This document shows, piece by piece, positions 24,323 through 37,610 of a stretch of 64,000 nucleotides of DNA; position 1 is the stretch's first letter; the number at the start of each line of letters is the position of its first letter. The translations under genes were made by a program, and so were the position numbers. The stretch is taken from positions 124,001 to 188,000 of the forward strand of contig ADNK01000697.1 of assembly GCA_000320545.1 (NCBI GenBank), read 5' to 3'. A model generated the notes under the pieces. That model was not told the DNA's origin, ran no database searches, and worked only from the letters and a program-made list of their open reading frames with translations. The stretch comes from Bigelowiella natans CCMP2755. Its lineage: Eukaryota; Protista; Cercozoa.

Positions 24323-27300
24323 ATGGAGGAGAGCAAAGAAAGGAAAGGGACCGACGTGGTACGGAAAGGCAAAGTCGCTGTGCAAGCGCTACCCGGCCGT
24401 AAAGTATTACTAAGGGGTGTGAAGCAGACACTGCAAGTCGTTATCCAGATCCACACTGATGATGTCGATACAAAAGAGAGACCCCGCATGCAAGTCAGCT
24501 GCGTTATGGACAAATCCGGGTGCTCCAATAATTTCTTTCTCATATTTGCCATCTGTTTCGTAAGAGGGTATGCAGGTGAGAAATCTCATCGTTTCTCCTC
24601 CTCAGATCCATGCAGCTGGATAAGCGCCTTACTTACGCGAAGCACGGTGTACGGAAGTTCATAAAGCATCTCACCAAGAACGGTATTACCAAATTTGGTT
24701 AAAAAGAAATGAAATAAATTGTCTACTTTTTGGCCCTTCCCCTACCCCCGACCCTTCAGATATGCTGAATGTAGTGGTGTACTCGGGTAATGCCGAATGT
24801 CTCATCAAGGATGGGGATCTTTCCGATGAGAACAAGCCGGTTATACGCTTTATCATGATACCCAAAGCACGTTCAAACTTAAAAATTACGATAGATTAAG
24901 TGTCAAAATATATATTCATTCATTTCCTGCCGACCACGTTATCCACTCCCCTCGCCCTCCCTCGTTTATCAAACCGCTTTCTTGGCCCTAGCATCCTAGA
25001 TGCGGCTATCGCTATCATCTAACAATCGGAATGTGTATAAATAGAATCTTGTTAGCGTTGTGAAGAAAATACAGCCGGATGGCCCTACTAACATGCATGC
25101 TGGTGAGAAGTAAGAGTATGAAGATAGGAATCGATAATTTAAGAAAACTGGAGAAGAATCTGTGTCTTCCTCCTCCTCCTCCTCCTTCTACATCGTCACT
25201 CCTTCTCTTATGCTCCTTACTTCCTTTTTTTTACTTCTATACATTCCTCTAGTTTTCTCGCGTTTTCCTGTATATGCGTGGGCGTGTACCGTTGTGTGCA
25301 ATTGCCTTATTCGCATCCGTTGTTCTCTGTACACCTTTTAGGAATGGAGATTGGGGTGCAACTCCTACGCGAGGCGAAGGAGCGCGACATGAAGGAGAAG
25401 GACTACACGCCAGCCATACAACGCATGTTCGTTTTCTCTGACGGCCAGGTGACATATATAATATATTTTGAATATTTATATGTGTGCATCGTATTTGTGT
25501 GTTTTGGTCGTGTGTGTTTGGATCGAGCAAAAGCATTATTTGTCTGGAAGGTGAACGAAGGGGTGCAGGAGCCAAAGTTGCTCTATGAAGCTGTGGAAAA
25601 CTACGTCTCGAAACATGGCATTACAATAAACTCCTTTGGTATTGGAGAGGATTTTAATGAAGACCTTATGACAGGCCTTGCACGTGTGGGAAAGGTAGCT
25701 GTAGTAGCACTGCGACCAAATAATAGGGTTGCGGAAACCATGCTCATATGCCGATTTTCTCTACCTCACAAGTACATTCATGAGAAGCTCTCAAAGCTGA
25801 CTGACACGACATTGTTGTTAAAATCGGAGAAGAATTCTTGATGGCGATACTCGCTGAGAAATGATGATAATGGTGATGATGATGGTGATGACGATGATGT
25901 ATGATGAATGGTAGGGGGGCTATTACTACTTGAAGAATGCTCGTGTGATTCCTGGGTTGGTGTCCAAGTCCATTCACCGATTGTTTCAGGTGCCGATCAT
26001 CAAAATAATGAGAAGATAGGCAATGATGACGATGTCAAATTTTAGTACTTCTGCTAGCTACAATAGCCCCCACACGTCTTAACATTCATCATCGCTATGT
26101 AGACGCTTGGAACAGAGGGGCGGCTGCAAGTACGCGGGATCAACGGAGCTGTTGTCACGCGCATTTTTGGTGATGAGGTGAGAGAATGTGTGAGCTTTAG
26201 CGGTGTTAGTCGTAAACGACGTGCACGTTCGTGTATGGTTTTTGTCTTTTTAGCTTTGCTGAAAAATTGATTATTCTGCTTCAGGAAAGCAGCGATGGAA
26301 ACGATGCGCTTGTGGACGGTCATTTGATCGGGGATATCCACGCAGACAATCTTAGGCAGGTTATTGGTCAAAATTAAAAAGCTGCGTAAAAGGCGGTGAT
26401 TGCCACCACGCCGAGAACAACAGCAACAATGATCATAATGTTGATGATGATGATGGTCATTACAGTGACGATTATAACTAGGAATAGCCCGATTCATTTT
26501 TGAGGTGCTCCTTGTAAAATTTCAATGAATTGTTTTTCTTCTTCTATGGTATTTGAAGATCCTTTTGGAGGTAGAGGTCTCTCCCAGCTCATCGTCACCA
26601 GCTTCTACAGAGATTCTTGAGTTCCAGCTGGACTACAAGCAGAGACCTTCCCAAAGACCTTCACAGGACGATGATGATGACCGAAAGCTGGAAGCAATTA
26701 TCTCAGCTGCAAACATTCCAAAAGACACGTTGCTGAAGCTCAAAAGTATCAAGGTTCACATGTTTCATTTCCTAAAATAGAAAAAGAAGAACAATAGAAA
26801 GACTCACCATTCAACCAACCACGCAATTATCATTCCTAACACTACTACCAATAGATGAACATGATATCAAGTCTCTCTCAAATGAAAGAGGAAGACTGGC
26901 AAAAGTTATCAAGCCGTAGCGGCATAAAGCCTGGCCATGTAGTGCGACTTCGAAGGTATCTCGACGAACGAGTCAATAGCAAGGAAGATGACCACCCTCC
27001 TCCTCTAAAGAATATAAACTCATCAGTAAAACAGGTATTATATTTATTGGCCGATAAAGTTAGATCGTTTTATATTATTTATGCAAGCAGCATTCTTCTT
27101 TCCTCCATTTTTCTGGTGTTTTCCCTTCTCATATTACTACCTCCCCAGGTGTCCATCAAAGGTACTCTTTCAATAAACTTCACGGACGATACTGACAAAG
27201 TGAGGAAGCAAAAGGTGTGCGATGAAGTTCTCATCGCAAGGGCGATTCAGGTCGTCGTATTAAAGAAACATTATCCACCAGCACTCACGACACTGCAAAA

Positions 27301-28349
27301 ATAGCAAACAGAAATTGAGAAAGCTATATATGAGAAAAGTGAAAGTCTCGTTATGTGCCTCCTATTATACGGAGATATGATTGGCTAATCATGTGTACGA
27401 ATCAGGACGCTAGTCTTCTTGAACCCGAAATTGATGGCTGTTTGGAACGTGGTGATAAAAAAAACGCCAAGAAAGTACAGGAACAGAGCCTGAGGAGCCT
27501 AAAGGCAGCCTATGATCGCGTCTCGGACAAAGAAATGGGCGGTGCAAAGATCTTAGCCACTTGTATCAAGCGTGGGGAGGAGCTCATGGAAAACCTTAAA
27601 ACAGACCTGGTTAACTTGTGCATCTGTGTGGTCTTCTTCTTCATCCAGATTACGACGACGACGATGATGATGATGATGATGATGATAACAATGATGATGA
27701 TAATGATAAGGATGACGGACGATGATCGATTTGTGGATGCAACTGTAGGCGTCTCATGTCAATTTCAACTAGTCTTTGGAACAACGAGCGTGTCACGCTC
27801 GTTGTCTGGGATTTTTTTTACCATCACATTTCCATATTTGAGTGCTTATGACCTACGCCCAATTCAGTGACGTGATCACTCTTCATTATTAGGATGCGAG
27901 GGCCTTGCAACTAGAGGCCCGAGAGAACGCAGCTCAGTTCCGAGCTATGTCATTTTGTCAAGTTATCTCTCGAGCAGACAGTCAAAGTGAATATAGCGAC
28001 GACGAAGGAGGACTAGTAGTGCCAGGTAGTTGTTTTGTATTTGAGAGGAGGAGGAGGAGGAGGAGGCGGAGAAAATTAAAAAATGAGTAGAAAAACTATC
28101 TACAATTGATGGGGATTGGAAAAGACAGAGCAAGCCATCGAACACTGCCGACTGATGTGATTGTTCCGATTGATATTATTGTTTGGTATTGTAGCGGATT
28201 TTATGAGGAGACCTACTGATTCTCTTAGCGACAGCGATGGGGAAAGTCACGCCGACGCGAATTTCCAACAATATTTAGAAGAGAAGGCAACAGGAACACC
28301 GGCCGTGAGTCCTTCAGCAAATGAGGAAAGAAAATGCAGCATCATGTAG
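24323..28349 (+). CDS. von Willebrand factor A domain protein with an internal SAM-like domain
   Basis: RPRMQVSCVMDKSG (MIDAS DxSxS), GPTNMHAG, RMFVFSDGQ|VNEG, GITINSFGIGEDFNEDLMTGLARVGK|GGYYY. SAM-like segment SLSQMKEEDWQKLSSRSGIKPGHVVRLRRYL at ~26855-26970. 3' end approximate. Confidence 0.85.
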
Positions 28350-28570
28350 GCCATGTGCTAAAAAAAACGTTAGTTACATGGAATTACCTATTTCTAGATT
28401 TGTGAAGCTGCAGCTGTGCACACCTAGCCGCATGCTGTCGCATGTGCGAGACACAACACTCACAACACGTGCGTGCGTGCTAGCGTAGATAGCATGCTTT
28501 AGCGCGGAGGAAAAACAACGCTTTGCGCGAGCGCGGCACACGCGCGCGCGCGCGCGCACACACACGCTGA
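28350..28570. other. Palindrome-rich intergenic tract 4 (VWA + / hypothetical -)
   Basis: agctgcagctgtgcacacctagccgcatgctgtcgcatgtgcg, gtgctagcgtagatagcatgc, and a (CG)~8 run at ~28541-28557. Confidence 0.65.
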
Positions 28571-28596
28571 ATACAGTTCCGAGCGAATTCAGGCAC

Positions 28597-30078
28597 TTAA
28601 TTTATTTCTCGAAGAGAAGCTAACGGTTGAAGATGACAATGGAGAATCGATACCCATGTATAAAGCCATTCTATTAGAAGAATTCAAAAAGAAAAACTTC
28701 CTGATATTCTGAAAAATATGACAAAGGCCATTGGCTATGAATTCGAATTTAGCATGGATTACTCTCTTGGCACGCACTACAATGCAAGCATACCGGCATA
28801 GCGCACATGAAGCCACAAGCGATCTATCCTACGCTGGTCTCGATCGTAATTGTTCCAAAATTCGATAATTCTAATGATGACTGTTAAATGAAGGCAGAGG
28901 GATTAAGAGCTACATTGGAATGGGTACTCATTGCATATTTCATTTCATTTAAATCCCAATCATTAGTTAATTAATGGCACCCCCAAAGATTTATTGCGAG
29001 TACGCTCGCTGAGAATGTTCTTGTTGTTGTCGCCAGCTATTATCCCAGTCGCAACAACCACATTCTTGTTCGTATTTCGGAACGCATCTAACCGATGGCC
29101 ACAACTCGGATTCTCATAAGTATCGCCATTCCTCTCGAAATCAATATTTCCGTCATTTATTTCACTGAGGTGCCTCTTTCGTCCCTGCTCGTGCAAGCCA
29201 CTATTAGGCTCGTGGTCATCACTTCTGAGGCGATCAGTAGTATTACAGTCATCTGCGGAACTAAAAGCGGATACTGTCCCGACACTACTAGGTGAAGGTT
29301 TGTGTGAGGCTTTATTTCCCCCTTCTGCTCCATCGCATGGCCGTTGCGGCACTCGTCGCTTTTGTTGTAGTTGTTGCTGTTTTTGGTTGTTTTTCTTCTT
29401 CATCACCCTCTTTTCAATGACTGCTTTGTTCGTAGTAGAAGGTGCTTTCTTCCCCTCTCTTATTTTTCTTTCTTTGTGACCTGTTTCTGATTCGCCCTCC
29501 TCCCCTCCTCCTCCTCCTCCTCCTCCTCCTCCTCCTCTTCCACTACGTATCTGGGAATGTTGTCGAATATCGCTATTATCGCTCAAAGCCTTTTTTCCCT
29601 TAGGGATCATCTTCATCTCTTTCTTTGATCTCTTCTTGCTTGTTTTCTTCTTCTGTCTCTTGGTTGTCGCAGGTTGTAATCTCATCTTTTCCTCTGGATG
29701 GGGGGGAAGAGATATATTGAGAGGAAGACAGGGCCCCACTAGCTCCTCCCAAGGATATGCAATAACAGTTGCCTAAGAATCAAATATAAGAGGCGGGGAA
29801 AATACGAGTAACACCGAACATCAACGAGGAATGAGGACTAGGCTATTCTCAAAAAGGGCTGCAATGACGAATCAGTGTTTTCGCTACGATGACTTGCGAT
29901 GCTCGCAACAACTCAGATGGCGTGATAAATGTCAAGGTTTATGGGGTCTCCGCTACCTTAAAATAGGACATTTTTACACGACGCATTCCTCCGTTCGAAT
30001 AACCGACGATGAGACGCTCCACTTGAGGATCGAATATTGCAAGATCAAGTGCTCTGCCGTGTACACACGCGCACACAC

Positions 30079-30129
<51 letters not shown>

Positions 30130-32609
30130 GAGAAAGAGGGGAGGTATGCGCAAAATTAATATGTGCGTTTTTGTTTGTGCGTGTGCGGATAAAGCTAAAA
30201 AATACTTATTTTATCAATCTAACAGGTAATAGCGCTGTAACTGCACTGGATATAAGTGTAAATCAGGTGTATGGCGGAGTCACGTTTTCATCATATCGTG
30301 GTAGATCGAAGCCCTCGAAGCTTTATCACGACAGTAATATGGTCCAATAAACACGCTACGACGCAGCGTGCACATTCCCGACACGGCGAGTAACTGCGAG
30401 TGCGAGAGAAGGGTTTTTTTTGGAGGGGTGATTATTACAGTAGCACATTTTTCTCATGGATGTATCAATGAGAACAATGAGTTGTATATTAAGTTGCGTG
30501 TTTCACCTAACGCACGCTGACAAATATTTGATGTTGTGAGTTTGTGTGTATGTGTGTGTGTGTGTGTGTGTACTTCCGTTGTGATATGGCAAATAAATTG
30601 CACTTGAGTTGATACATGATTATATCACATCGGTTACCTCTCCGGAATTTCCGTCTCTATATTCCAGCACACTTCCTATATGGAGGAAAAGTGAATTGAA
30701 TGTTTTTAGTAAGTCGGCTTCTGCGTGTTTTCGCCCCTTGGATCTACTTGTTCAATTGTACAAAAAGAATTTAGTACAACGAGGAGAAGAGACATATAAA
30801 TAAACATGTCGACAGATAGCAGATAGATGATGAATAGATACGAATAGATAGAGTAGACGGAGGAGCACCACAACAGAATTAACGCGATCTTTCTCTAGTT
30901 CTGCAAGTGCTACTATAATGCGTGTGAAGCAGCACCTGATCTCCACGCTGCTACCCTTATCAGAAACATTGCCGTCCAGAGCAACGCTGATATGTACGCG
31001 AGGATGTGCCCAAGCATATCTGTGAAGAAGGAGCCTTTCTCCTTCCCATTGTTGTTTTTATTTCTCATCGTCATTAGTGCGAATGCATGGCGTGCTTCAT
31101 GCTCGTACGTTACGATAACACGCTCCCACGAAAAGGCCTTCAAAGGCGAGTGAGGCCTATAAAAAGACGAATTCAGTACATCTTATTAAATGTCGGTGGT
31201 TGGGCTTGCTCTCGTTGGTTGAACTGAGAATGGCCTCCTAGCGGTGGTACCATGGAGATTTGCGCCAAAGCTTCTTCGAAAGCGACACTTCCCTTCCATG
31301 CTTGCGATATTTCCGGAGATTTTCCTTAAGGTTCTTCGACGATTTGAACAATGTGGGATCGCCATGATACGGGGTGAGGTCGACGGCCATCGTTTTGTCC
31401 GCAAAATGGTCCAGACACTAAGATAAAGAGGACATACCAGGATCAATATCTTTTGTAATCCTAATCGCCTACGCAGTAGTGCCAATCGTTTAGGATGTTG
31501 TCGGTTAGTTGTATCGAATCATGTAAACTTCTTATGCCTCGTGCTTGCTGTGGACGTGAACAAGGAAGAGTGCGCGTGTGTCTGTTAGAGTGTGTCCTAT
31601 CGCTGCTCTCTATTTGCTATAATTTGTCTACTTCACCTGAGCGACCTGAAAAACCACCTGGAAAATATTTTTGTGTATATTTGTAAATGATGAGCAGTCG
31701 ATAGTATCGAATGTAGGGAAAGAACACATGCACCCTCCACACTTTCACACTTTCACACTTTCACACTTTCACACTCACACTCACACTCACACTCACACTC
31801 ACACTCATAAGTAAAGAAATAAACGAGCATAAACATTGACACATTTTCTGCCTGTACCATATGGATCCAGTGCAGCCAGGCTTCGAGAAGCCTCTGAGAG
31901 GTTCTCAGAACACTGTGATCCAGGAAGTATTTTCTCACGCAGTACACCGTGAGTATCACGATGTAAAGAGGGGAAAACGCCACAAAGACAATCCATAGCT
32001 GCACACTTGAGGCCAAGAGGATAGAGGAAAACATGAACATGAATTAATCGATGAGTACAAGAATGATCGTAACACATGCTTGGGTTGGAGCTGTCTGGGG
32101 TTCGTGTGGAACTGACTGCCACGCGACGAACTGCTCTGCACAGATATACATTCCCGGCAACATCGAAAATACGGTATCAGATCCACTAGATCCACAGAAG
32201 GAGTTTGCCTTTTTCACAACCTCCTCTCTCTCTTTGATCTTCATGCTACTCGAAGCACTTCTTCCAGATCGACAGCTGTCAGCCACAGAAGGTTTGCATG
32301 CCATTAATACGACGTTCAAGACTCGTTCCAGACGTTCCTGCGGCGAGGAGGGGGCCACTAGTGAGCACAATTGCGACCTCTTATGAGTTCTACGAGCGAA
32401 GCCCAGCCTCACAGATGGGTCAGGACCAATCGTCGTCTGTCGTCGTGGCTCGTTTCGATCAGATAATTTGCAAACCAGATAGTCATTTCCAACATGGCGA
32501 CAGAGAAAACGGAATGTCGCCCTGTAAAAACCATCACCTGACGCAAACATGATACAAGGCCACGTGATGGCCGATTCGTTTTGGCATCAATGTGAGGTTC
32601 AATGTTCAT
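28597..32609 (-). CDS. Hypothetical protein, multi-exon, with a long Lys/Gln-rich low-complexity exon
   Basis: Open exons with GT-AG borders (e.g. ~32537-32150, ~31416-31250 CLDHFADK...KSPW, ~29740-28970). No family recognised; ends uncertain. Confidence 0.45.
31739..31806. repeat. Compound intronic repeat (ACACTTTC)n grading into (ACACTC)n
   Basis: Directly visible tandem repeat. Confidence 0.9.
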
Positions 32610-32914
32610 CAAAACTCGAGTGACTCTCTCGAGTTGCACGTTGCTGGCGCGTCGTGATGGTGGGGGATTCCTGAAATATTTCTACCTCCAAACGCTATTT
32701 TCCAGCAAAACGCGCAGGTGATATTTTGCTCAGCTGCGTCGGCAGAGCGCTTTTGCTGCACAAAGTGCTTCGAGGTTTCTGACTGTGCGACTTGAAAAAT
32801 GCCCTGACGCGACCTGGATCTTTGCTTTCAGACGGAGTCGAACAAAAGCACAATGGCGGCACACGTGCTTGGAGATGCGAAGGGGGGAATTTTCTAGTTT
32901 TATCCAGTGCAAGG

Positions 32915-35900
32915 ATGATTCATAGCCCTGCAGTTAATGTGTCATTAGGGATCCTGGGTAATCCAGGCGTTCAAATTTACTGTCTGGCTCAGAAATATTA
33001 TGACATATGATCTAGAAAATGGATCTTATCCCCCTGATCCTTACATTCCCTCACTTGTTCAGGCCCATCACAAGTAGGAAAGAGCTCACTCATCGCCAGG
33101 CACCTAATTTTAGTTTAGCGAAAGCATCGTTAACCTCAACAAACACAAAACACAAAAAGGTTTGTCGATGAACGCTTCGATCACAAGATTAAGCCAACAA
33201 ATGGACTGGCAGCAAGAGCAAAATTCATCGAAGTAGATGTCAGTACAATACCGTCAGAAATTTCCATCATAAATTTAACGATGAGTACAAAATCAGAAAG
33301 TGATCATTAAGTTACACATTTACGACTTTTCAAGTGCGATACGACACCGGAGGTATTTCTCTTAAAATAAGCGGATGAAGTTCTTGAGCCTTCAATCATT
33401 CAGGATGGTACAAGAAAAACTGTCTTCCCTGGATGGAGTCGTCATATGTTCGACCAGTGATGAATCCAAGAAGTCCTTAAATGACATAAGAGATTGGTAC
33501 ATGAGTAATATGCCTTAATACAGTTATTGCTCCATTGATGTACTAATACCCAGGATGGCTCTTGTTGACGGCCATGCGAGGAAGAATTGCTTCCGGGTGA
33601 TTCAAAGATTTCACCAATGTAACATATGATGGCAATTTGATATTCATGTTAATTTAATCTAGACATTATTGAGGTGCAAAGTTGACGATGCCTCGACTTC
33701 AGTATCAGATGGTATGAAATTAAGATGTGTGGATATAAAATCATTGATTCGTGGGAAATTCGTATGGCAGATTTTGAAACTTGGTGCCTGGATGAAAACG
33801 ATTGCTGGCTAACGAGTGCAAAAACTGGTTATGATTTGATGAATTTTATTGGCTACATTTGCTAAGTTAATGCTGTACAGGAACAAATGTTTCTCGTTTT
33901 TTTGAGCTGACTGTAAGAGAAATAAGGCAAAGGAATGGATTAAATCTAGAGACTTCATCTCCAGTTGTGGTCGAGGCAATTTAACAATGTTTCACATATG
34001 CATTTACCTCACCATTTCAGCTGTGAGTTCAACTTTTATCTGAGAAAGATCCTCCTACATATTTACTGCAGAGATCTCGAAGAGGATCAAAGATTGAGAA
34101 TGCTGCCAATGATACCAACCTTAACCCTGAGAGGAATAGCTCAAAGTTAATTCAGAAACACGGGAAGAAAGCCGACTGCAATATGTACCACAACCCTTGA
34201 AAGATCCCTCTAAATAATTTTCTGTTGAGTTTCGATATAATTCTCTAAATTACAGAGTGATTTCAACTCAAAAGTGGAGACAATCTAAATCGCAACAGCA
34301 AGTAAACATTCTTTTGAGGACATTTGCTTTACTAAATAATTGTTATAAATCTTTACTTGCCGTAGAAGTGGAAAGTGGGGTCCATCGTAGAAGTTTACTC
34401 AAGGTCACAACAAAAATGGTTTCCATCCACAATCCGAAAAATTAGCAAAGATGAGGTTCTCAATTTTTAAGTTTATCCAATAACAAACATACAAATTGAC
34501 ACATATATTTTTAAAGATAGGAATTACAAAGTTGCATACGACGATCAAGACTGTGTCCAGAGAAAACATGGCGCATATTCGTCCATGTCCTGGTAAAACC
34601 ATTAGATGATAGATGCGATCGATAAAATTTTATCCTTCCATAAAATCAGGGCATAGAAAAAAATTGTTTATGAGACGTCTAAAAATAAAGGATATGGTAG
34701 ACTATACTACAGAACTACCTGCGGAGTCAAAACTCGGAAATTATATTCCACCATCCTCACCAGTAAATAATACTTATAATCACCCAATCCTATAAAAATC
34801 ATGCGATTTTTTTTCAATGGGTGAAAAGATGAAAATAGGTCAGAGCGTATTATACTACTCCACTAGCATTGGATCCTGGATCCAGGTTTGACATGATATT
34901 TCTTGTAATAAATGTCATATTTTCTTATCTATTTACTTTACTACAGGCGGTAGTGGAACGTGTTCGAGATGATGGAACAGTAAACTTTAGAATTCGCTGA
35001 GATGGACTATATGTAAGCACAGGCTCATTATACTTACGATAGGTGGATTTAGATGTGAAGAAGCAAGTAGACTATCGGTATTTGTTCAAAAACCAGATAA
35101 CTGCGAGCTCATAAAATAATTCAGGAGAGTACTAACTCAGGAGAATACGAGCTAATGAGATGATCTCGGCGACCTCCTTAGCTTGCTCTATAAGAGATGG
35201 AGAAAGACAAAAATCCAAACTAGAAAGGTTAAGCACTCATGTTGTATTTAACAAAACATTATATTACTTAACTTGGCCCATACTATATAAAAGAGATCTA
35301 CAGCGTTTGCGAAGGCAGATATCAGAATCTAGGTATTATAAAATAAATCTGTAACGCTATCACACAACAGCTAATTTTTGTACTTACAGATCTGAAATTA
35401 ACGAACTGAGAAAGGAACTAGAAATACTTAGATCTGGTATCAAAACATGTTCTAGTTTTCCCATCGAAAGAACTGATGTTTTTTTTTCCCGAAATATAAT
35501 AGAGAGAACAGATATCTTGAGGATGAGAATAGGCAAGACGGGATCCAGTAGTGAAACCTTGTTAGATAAAGAATCCATGAGTACAAAAGCTACATCAGCC
35601 ACAAAGGGTTCTTCTACCGACTCAAAAGGATTCCATCTTAACATTCATCGGGATTTGGCGCTATTACTAAACGAATTAAAACATTATTCAAGGCTAAGCA
35701 GGTATCGAAGTACTAAATTTTAAATTGGTCATTGTGTAGAGAAGCGAGTTTTATCTGCTGAACGTAAAGGCGCCAATGTACCATCGGATATTGTAATATA
35801 CTTCATTTTATTTGTTATGAAAGTCTCTCGGAAAGTCTACGTGACATGAGGAAGATAATCGAGGTAAAAAAAATCGTTGCGCTCCGTTCATATTAAGCGG

Positions 35901-36643
35901 TTACTTCAAAATCTATGTAGGGAATTGTTGACTTTTACCAAAGGGGAGTAAGCGAATCTGAAAATCTAAAAAGAGAAAAGATGGTGAATAAATTTGGCCT
36001 CAATCAATTACCCACTCTTCTAATTCCTCCAATAACGATAGAATGAATTTCGAATTGGACTGATAAAATTGAAGAATGAGATAGTCGCCCTACAGGTAAG
36101 AAACATCATACGACTTATTCACGTCCTCTTATCTCTATGTTAATCACTTTTACAGTGTGCAGAGGAAAACTTCCCTATCGTATCGGTGGTATTGTCTTTG
36201 TTAAGGCCGCTGAAGCCTTTTCTTCAAGATCGGAAAAACATAGTACACAATCATGATCATAGCATTAATCTCTCAATCTAACTCTTTGATTGTACTACAT
36301 AGGGGATCGCTTGTATAGTCGGATTTCGCATGAATATCGTGAATTTTTTGTTTGCTTTCTCACTGGCCCTGGTCGTGAGATGGGTGTGCTCGGATTGGAT
36401 CAATAGGCTATGGTAAAATATGACACTGAATCTGAGTTTCTATGGCTGCTGAAACCCATTTTGACACACATCCACTAAAGGGAAGATGAACAGATGTCAA
36501 ACCTTTTGAGAATGTGGAACAAAGACGAGCTCATTTCGAAGTACTGTGAATGTATGATAAAACTAAATTGTTTTCTTAAAGTCTGTTCGATTTCATTATA
36601 TTATAGGACTGAAAGCGCATTGAATGATATAGAGGATTCGTGA
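32915..36643 (+). CDS. Atypical large Rab-like GTPase: divergent G domain + two SH3/Tudor-like barrels + coiled coil; ~29 short introns
   Basis: Spliced: MIHSPAVNVSLGILG|PSQVGKSSLIAR|FVDERFDHKIKPTNGLAARAKFIEVD|KVIIKLHIYDFSSAIRHRR|MVQEKLSSLDGVVIC..SLNDIRDW|MALVDGHARKNCFR|TLLRCKVD..|..WLTSAKTG|TNVSRFF. Then KWKVGSIVEVYSRSQQKWF..IRP; MKIGQSVLYYSTSIGSWIQ|AVVERVRDDGT|VDLDVKK; LQRLRRQISESR|SEINELRKELEILRS. Stop at 36641-36643. Confidence 0.8.
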
Positions 36644-36934
36644 TGTAGGCAATACGGGATATAGACGATTATCCTTTTAAGTAACGGAATATTTGTCGTC
36701 ACTACCTGTAACTTGAATGCTTGAGCATGCATATAAGCCCGTTTCAATATTATAGACTTCAATGTACAGTGCCTCTATTTCACGGTAGACTATAAATATC
36801 TGTTTAAGAAGGCTAATGGTTATAACGAGATCGATCTTATTTGGTAACAATGCATCCACGTATGCCTTTTGTGGCTAAAGCATAATTATTTACTGAGTCA
36901 CAACAAGTAAGTATAGAGACCAAGATCGTTGAAT

Positions 36935-37460
36935 GTCTATCTAGCTATGCTCGTATGTCTAGATGCTCTCATGATCTCATAATTAGATCATCATCAATAC
37001 TTCACTATCAAGCCATCTAGCTAGCTAGCCATGCATGAATAGCATTCCAGAAGTAAACACAACTCAATCGCTACAAACATTTAAAGGCGCATGCATGCTA
37101 GCATGTGCGCTTACTAGCTAGCTAGCTTGTTGACATCATTTGTGAACAGACTTTAAGATACATGTCGAGAGACATCTATTAACGTTGCAAAAGCACATCA
37201 GAGACATGTCTAGATATCTAGATATGTCTATTCAGATTTTCATGATTTTGATTTATTTGCATGCTAGCATGCTAGCATGTTACGCTAGCAATGCTAGAAT
37301 GTGACAATGACAAATCATCTAGCAAATATCCTGTGCACATGCAGATGTCAATGTACGGTATTGTTCTAGCATTCTAGCATTGTTCATTGCAGTGTCACTG
37401 AGTATTCTATCTCTAGCTAGCTAGCTAGGTATGATCCCAAAGGATAGCTAGATAGGGAAC
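36935..37460. other. Palindrome-rich intergenic tract 5 (Rab-like + / DUF6816-like -), densest example
   Basis: catctagctagctagccatgcatg, gcgcatgcatgctagcatgtgcgcttactagctagctagc, gcatgctagcatgctagcatg, ctctagctagctagctagg. Confidence 0.75.
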
Positions 37461-37610
37461 ATGTTGAATTTGGACAAATTGAAAACATTCTAATGTTCTG
37501 TATTGTTTTTTTAAAAAGACGACTCAAAATACGTTCGTACGTTTGTCACCGAGTCAAATCTCACTGTTTGATGCTCGGAGAAGGATAAATATGATTGCCT
37601 GAGTACCTAA

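Noticed and set aside
28600-31480. Nepro/Rmp1, WD40 or chromo-like assignment for the hypothetical gene
   Set aside because: Only vague resemblances; no diagnostic motif set.
31469-31528. In-frame TGA as possible selenocysteine or read-through codon
   Set aside because: It falls inside a canonical 60-nt GT-AG intron with a ctaac branch point.
8850-32900. TTTCTAG as a shared promoter motif in divergent gaps
   Set aside because: It also occurs in introns and convergent regions (~20643, 28391, 39437), so it is not specific.
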